This document shows, one piece after another, positions 62,748 to 64,000 of a DNA stretch of 64,000 nucleotides. The position numbers and the translations under genes are program-made. Position 1 is the first letter of the stretch. Each line of letters begins with the position of its first letter. The stretch is from an uncultured bacterium (GTDB lineage Bacteria > Actinomycetota > Actinomycetes > S36-B12), in assembly GCA_963700255.1 (NCBI GenBank), contig CAVOWW010000023.1, positions 128,403 to 192,402 on the forward strand. The letters run 5' to 3'. The notes under the pieces were generated by a model. It worked only from the letters and a program-made list of their open reading frames with translations, was not told the DNA's origin and searched no databases.

Positions 62748-62840
62748 ATTCTCGCGGAATCCGGGAGAATTCGGTGCTCCGGCCCCTCCGCAGGCCTCGG
62801 ACCGCCGATTGGTCCCGGAATCCGGGAGAAGCGAGGGGTG
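62748..62840 (-). repeat. REP-like palindromic intergenic element (copy 2, two palindromes)
   Basis: TCGCGGA-A-TCCGGGA at 62752-62766 and TCCCGGA-A-TCCGGGA at 62813-62827. Confidence 0.65.
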
Positions 62841-62841
62841 A

Positions 62842-63222
62842 CTACTCGATGGGGTGGCGGTCGTACTCGTCGTCGTCGTCCCGATGGACGAGGTCACCGT
62901 GGAACGCCGGCATGCAGACGGCGATGTACCGGGCCCCGTGGGTCGTGGTGTAGCGGATCCGCTCCCCTGCCCGCGTGATGACGGCCTGGCCGGCCCGCAC
63001 ATGGACGACGCCGTCGTCATGCTCGACATCGATCGCGCCCTCGAGCACGATGGTGAACTCGTCGAACTCCGGCTCCTGGGAGGGCTCCTCCCAGCCTGCC
63101 GGTGCGAGCATCTGCGCGACCGACACATGGTCATCGCCACTCGACGCATGACCGACGTACTCCTCGATGATCTTGCCGCCGGGCACGGGAACCATCGCAG
63201 GAGCGGGAATGAGCTCGGGCAT
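62842..63222 (-). CDS. Cupin domain protein
   Basis: KIIEEYVG, SVAQM..P.GWEEP.Q.PEFDE.TIVLEG, YIAVC.PAF. Confidence 0.85.
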   Translation of the reverse strand: MPELIPAPAMVPVPGGKIIEEYVGHASSGDDHVSVAQMLAPAGWEEPSQEPEFDEFTIVLEGAIDVEHDDGVVHVRAGQAVITRAGERIRYTTTHGARYIAVCMPAFHGDLVHRDDDDEYDRHPIE

Positions 63223-63235
63223 GTCGTCCTGCCTG

Positions 63236-64000
63236 TCAGTCGAGAATCGTGGTGCGGCGCGGCTGCATGCCGGCCGCGACGTAGAGGTCGTCGATCATCT
63301 GCATCGTGACGACGGCATCGTCGGCGTCCGTGAGGAACGGGGCGTCCTCGCGGATCGTGCGCGCCAGCGCCTCGAGCATGTACGTGTAGCTCGACCGGGA
63401 GCCGAGCTCCTCGACCCGCTGCTCGGTGCCGACGGTGACGAAGACCCGATCGTCCATGTGCGGCAGCAGGAACGCCGGTGCGTACGCCTCGCCGTTCGTG
63501 CCCACGAGTCGGAGCGAGAAGTCGAGCACGCCGTGCGTCATCCCGCACTCCATCGTGGCCGAGAGCCCGCTCGGGTACTCGAGGTCGGCACCCAGCCAGG
63601 CATCGATGCCGGGATGGGCCGGGATCTCCCCGCCCCATGCCCGCACGATCGAGGGCTCGCCCCCGGCGAGGGCCGACATGTCGCGGATGGCGTGGACGGC
63701 GTAGCAGCCGACGTCCATGAGCCCGCCGCCGGCGACGTCCGCGTCCCAGCGCAGGTCGCCGGCTGGCGGCGGAGGCATGAGCATTCGCGCCTCGACGCGA
63801 ACAAGGTCGCCGATCTCGCCGTTGCCGGCCAGCTCGAGCATCCGGTGCATCAGCGGGTGGTACCGATAGTGGAAGGCCTCGACGCAGTGCACCCCCGCCG
63901 CCTCGGCAGCGTCTCGCACCACTCGCGCCTCGGCCGCGTTGCTCGCGTAGGGCTTCTCGCTGAGGACGTGCTTGCCCGCGGCGATGGCCCTCAGGTTCCA
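63236..64000 (-). CDS. Gfo/Idh/MocA family oxidoreductase, runs off the right edge of the window
   Basis: GKHVLSEKP (63953-63977), EAFHYRYHP, GGGLMDVGCY. Confidence 0.88.
   Translation of the reverse strand, partial: WNLRAIAAGKHVLSEKPYASNAAEARVVRDAAEAAGVHCVEAFHYRYHPLMHRMLELAGNGEIGDLVRVEARMLMPPPPAGDLRWDADVAGGGLMDVGCYAVHAIRDMSALAGGEPSIVRAWGGEIPAHPGIDAWLGADLEYPSGLSATMECGMTHGVLDFSLRLVGTNGEAYAPAFLLPHMDDRVFVTVGTEQRVEELGSRSSYTYMLEALARTIREDAPFLTDADDAVVTMQMIDDLYVAAGMQPRRTTILD

Overview
High-GC (~70%) actinobacterial chromosomal window made almost entirely of core genes. I found no rRNA, tRNA, CRISPR, integrase or transposase. Left to right: (1) CDF transporter, manA, Trm112-like, manB, DUF3499, DUF5719, large GT2, whiB; (2) alpha/beta hydrolase, F420 genes cofD/cofE(fbiB), AlkA-like glycosylase, manC, TIGR03089; (3) an ~18 kb cell-wall glycopolymer region, preceded by an amidase+SpoIID fusion hydrolase, with an LCP ligase, two CDP-alcohol phosphotransferases, a sulfotransferase-like P-loop protein, Wzm/Wzt, TagF-like proteins, a LicC-like cytidylyltransferase and several glycosyltransferases; (4) acyl-CoA dehydrogenase, ugd, purKE, birA and acyl-CoA carboxylase subunits; (5) a nucleoside catabolism cluster (punA, phosphomutase, deoC, split ALDH pair, add). 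Many genes carry small indels, most likely long-read errors. Most notable signals: the Wzt ATPase has all four catalytic motifs substituted and lies in a locus with other apparent pseudo-enzyme domains; a single-chain amidase/lytic-transglycosylase; a BldD-type box over the whiB -35; leaderless-type -10 boxes before at least 18 genes; a 31-bp tandem repeat that triplicates an RBS+start codon; and REP-like inverted elements flanking one gene. All product calls come from motif recognition and synteny, not database searches.
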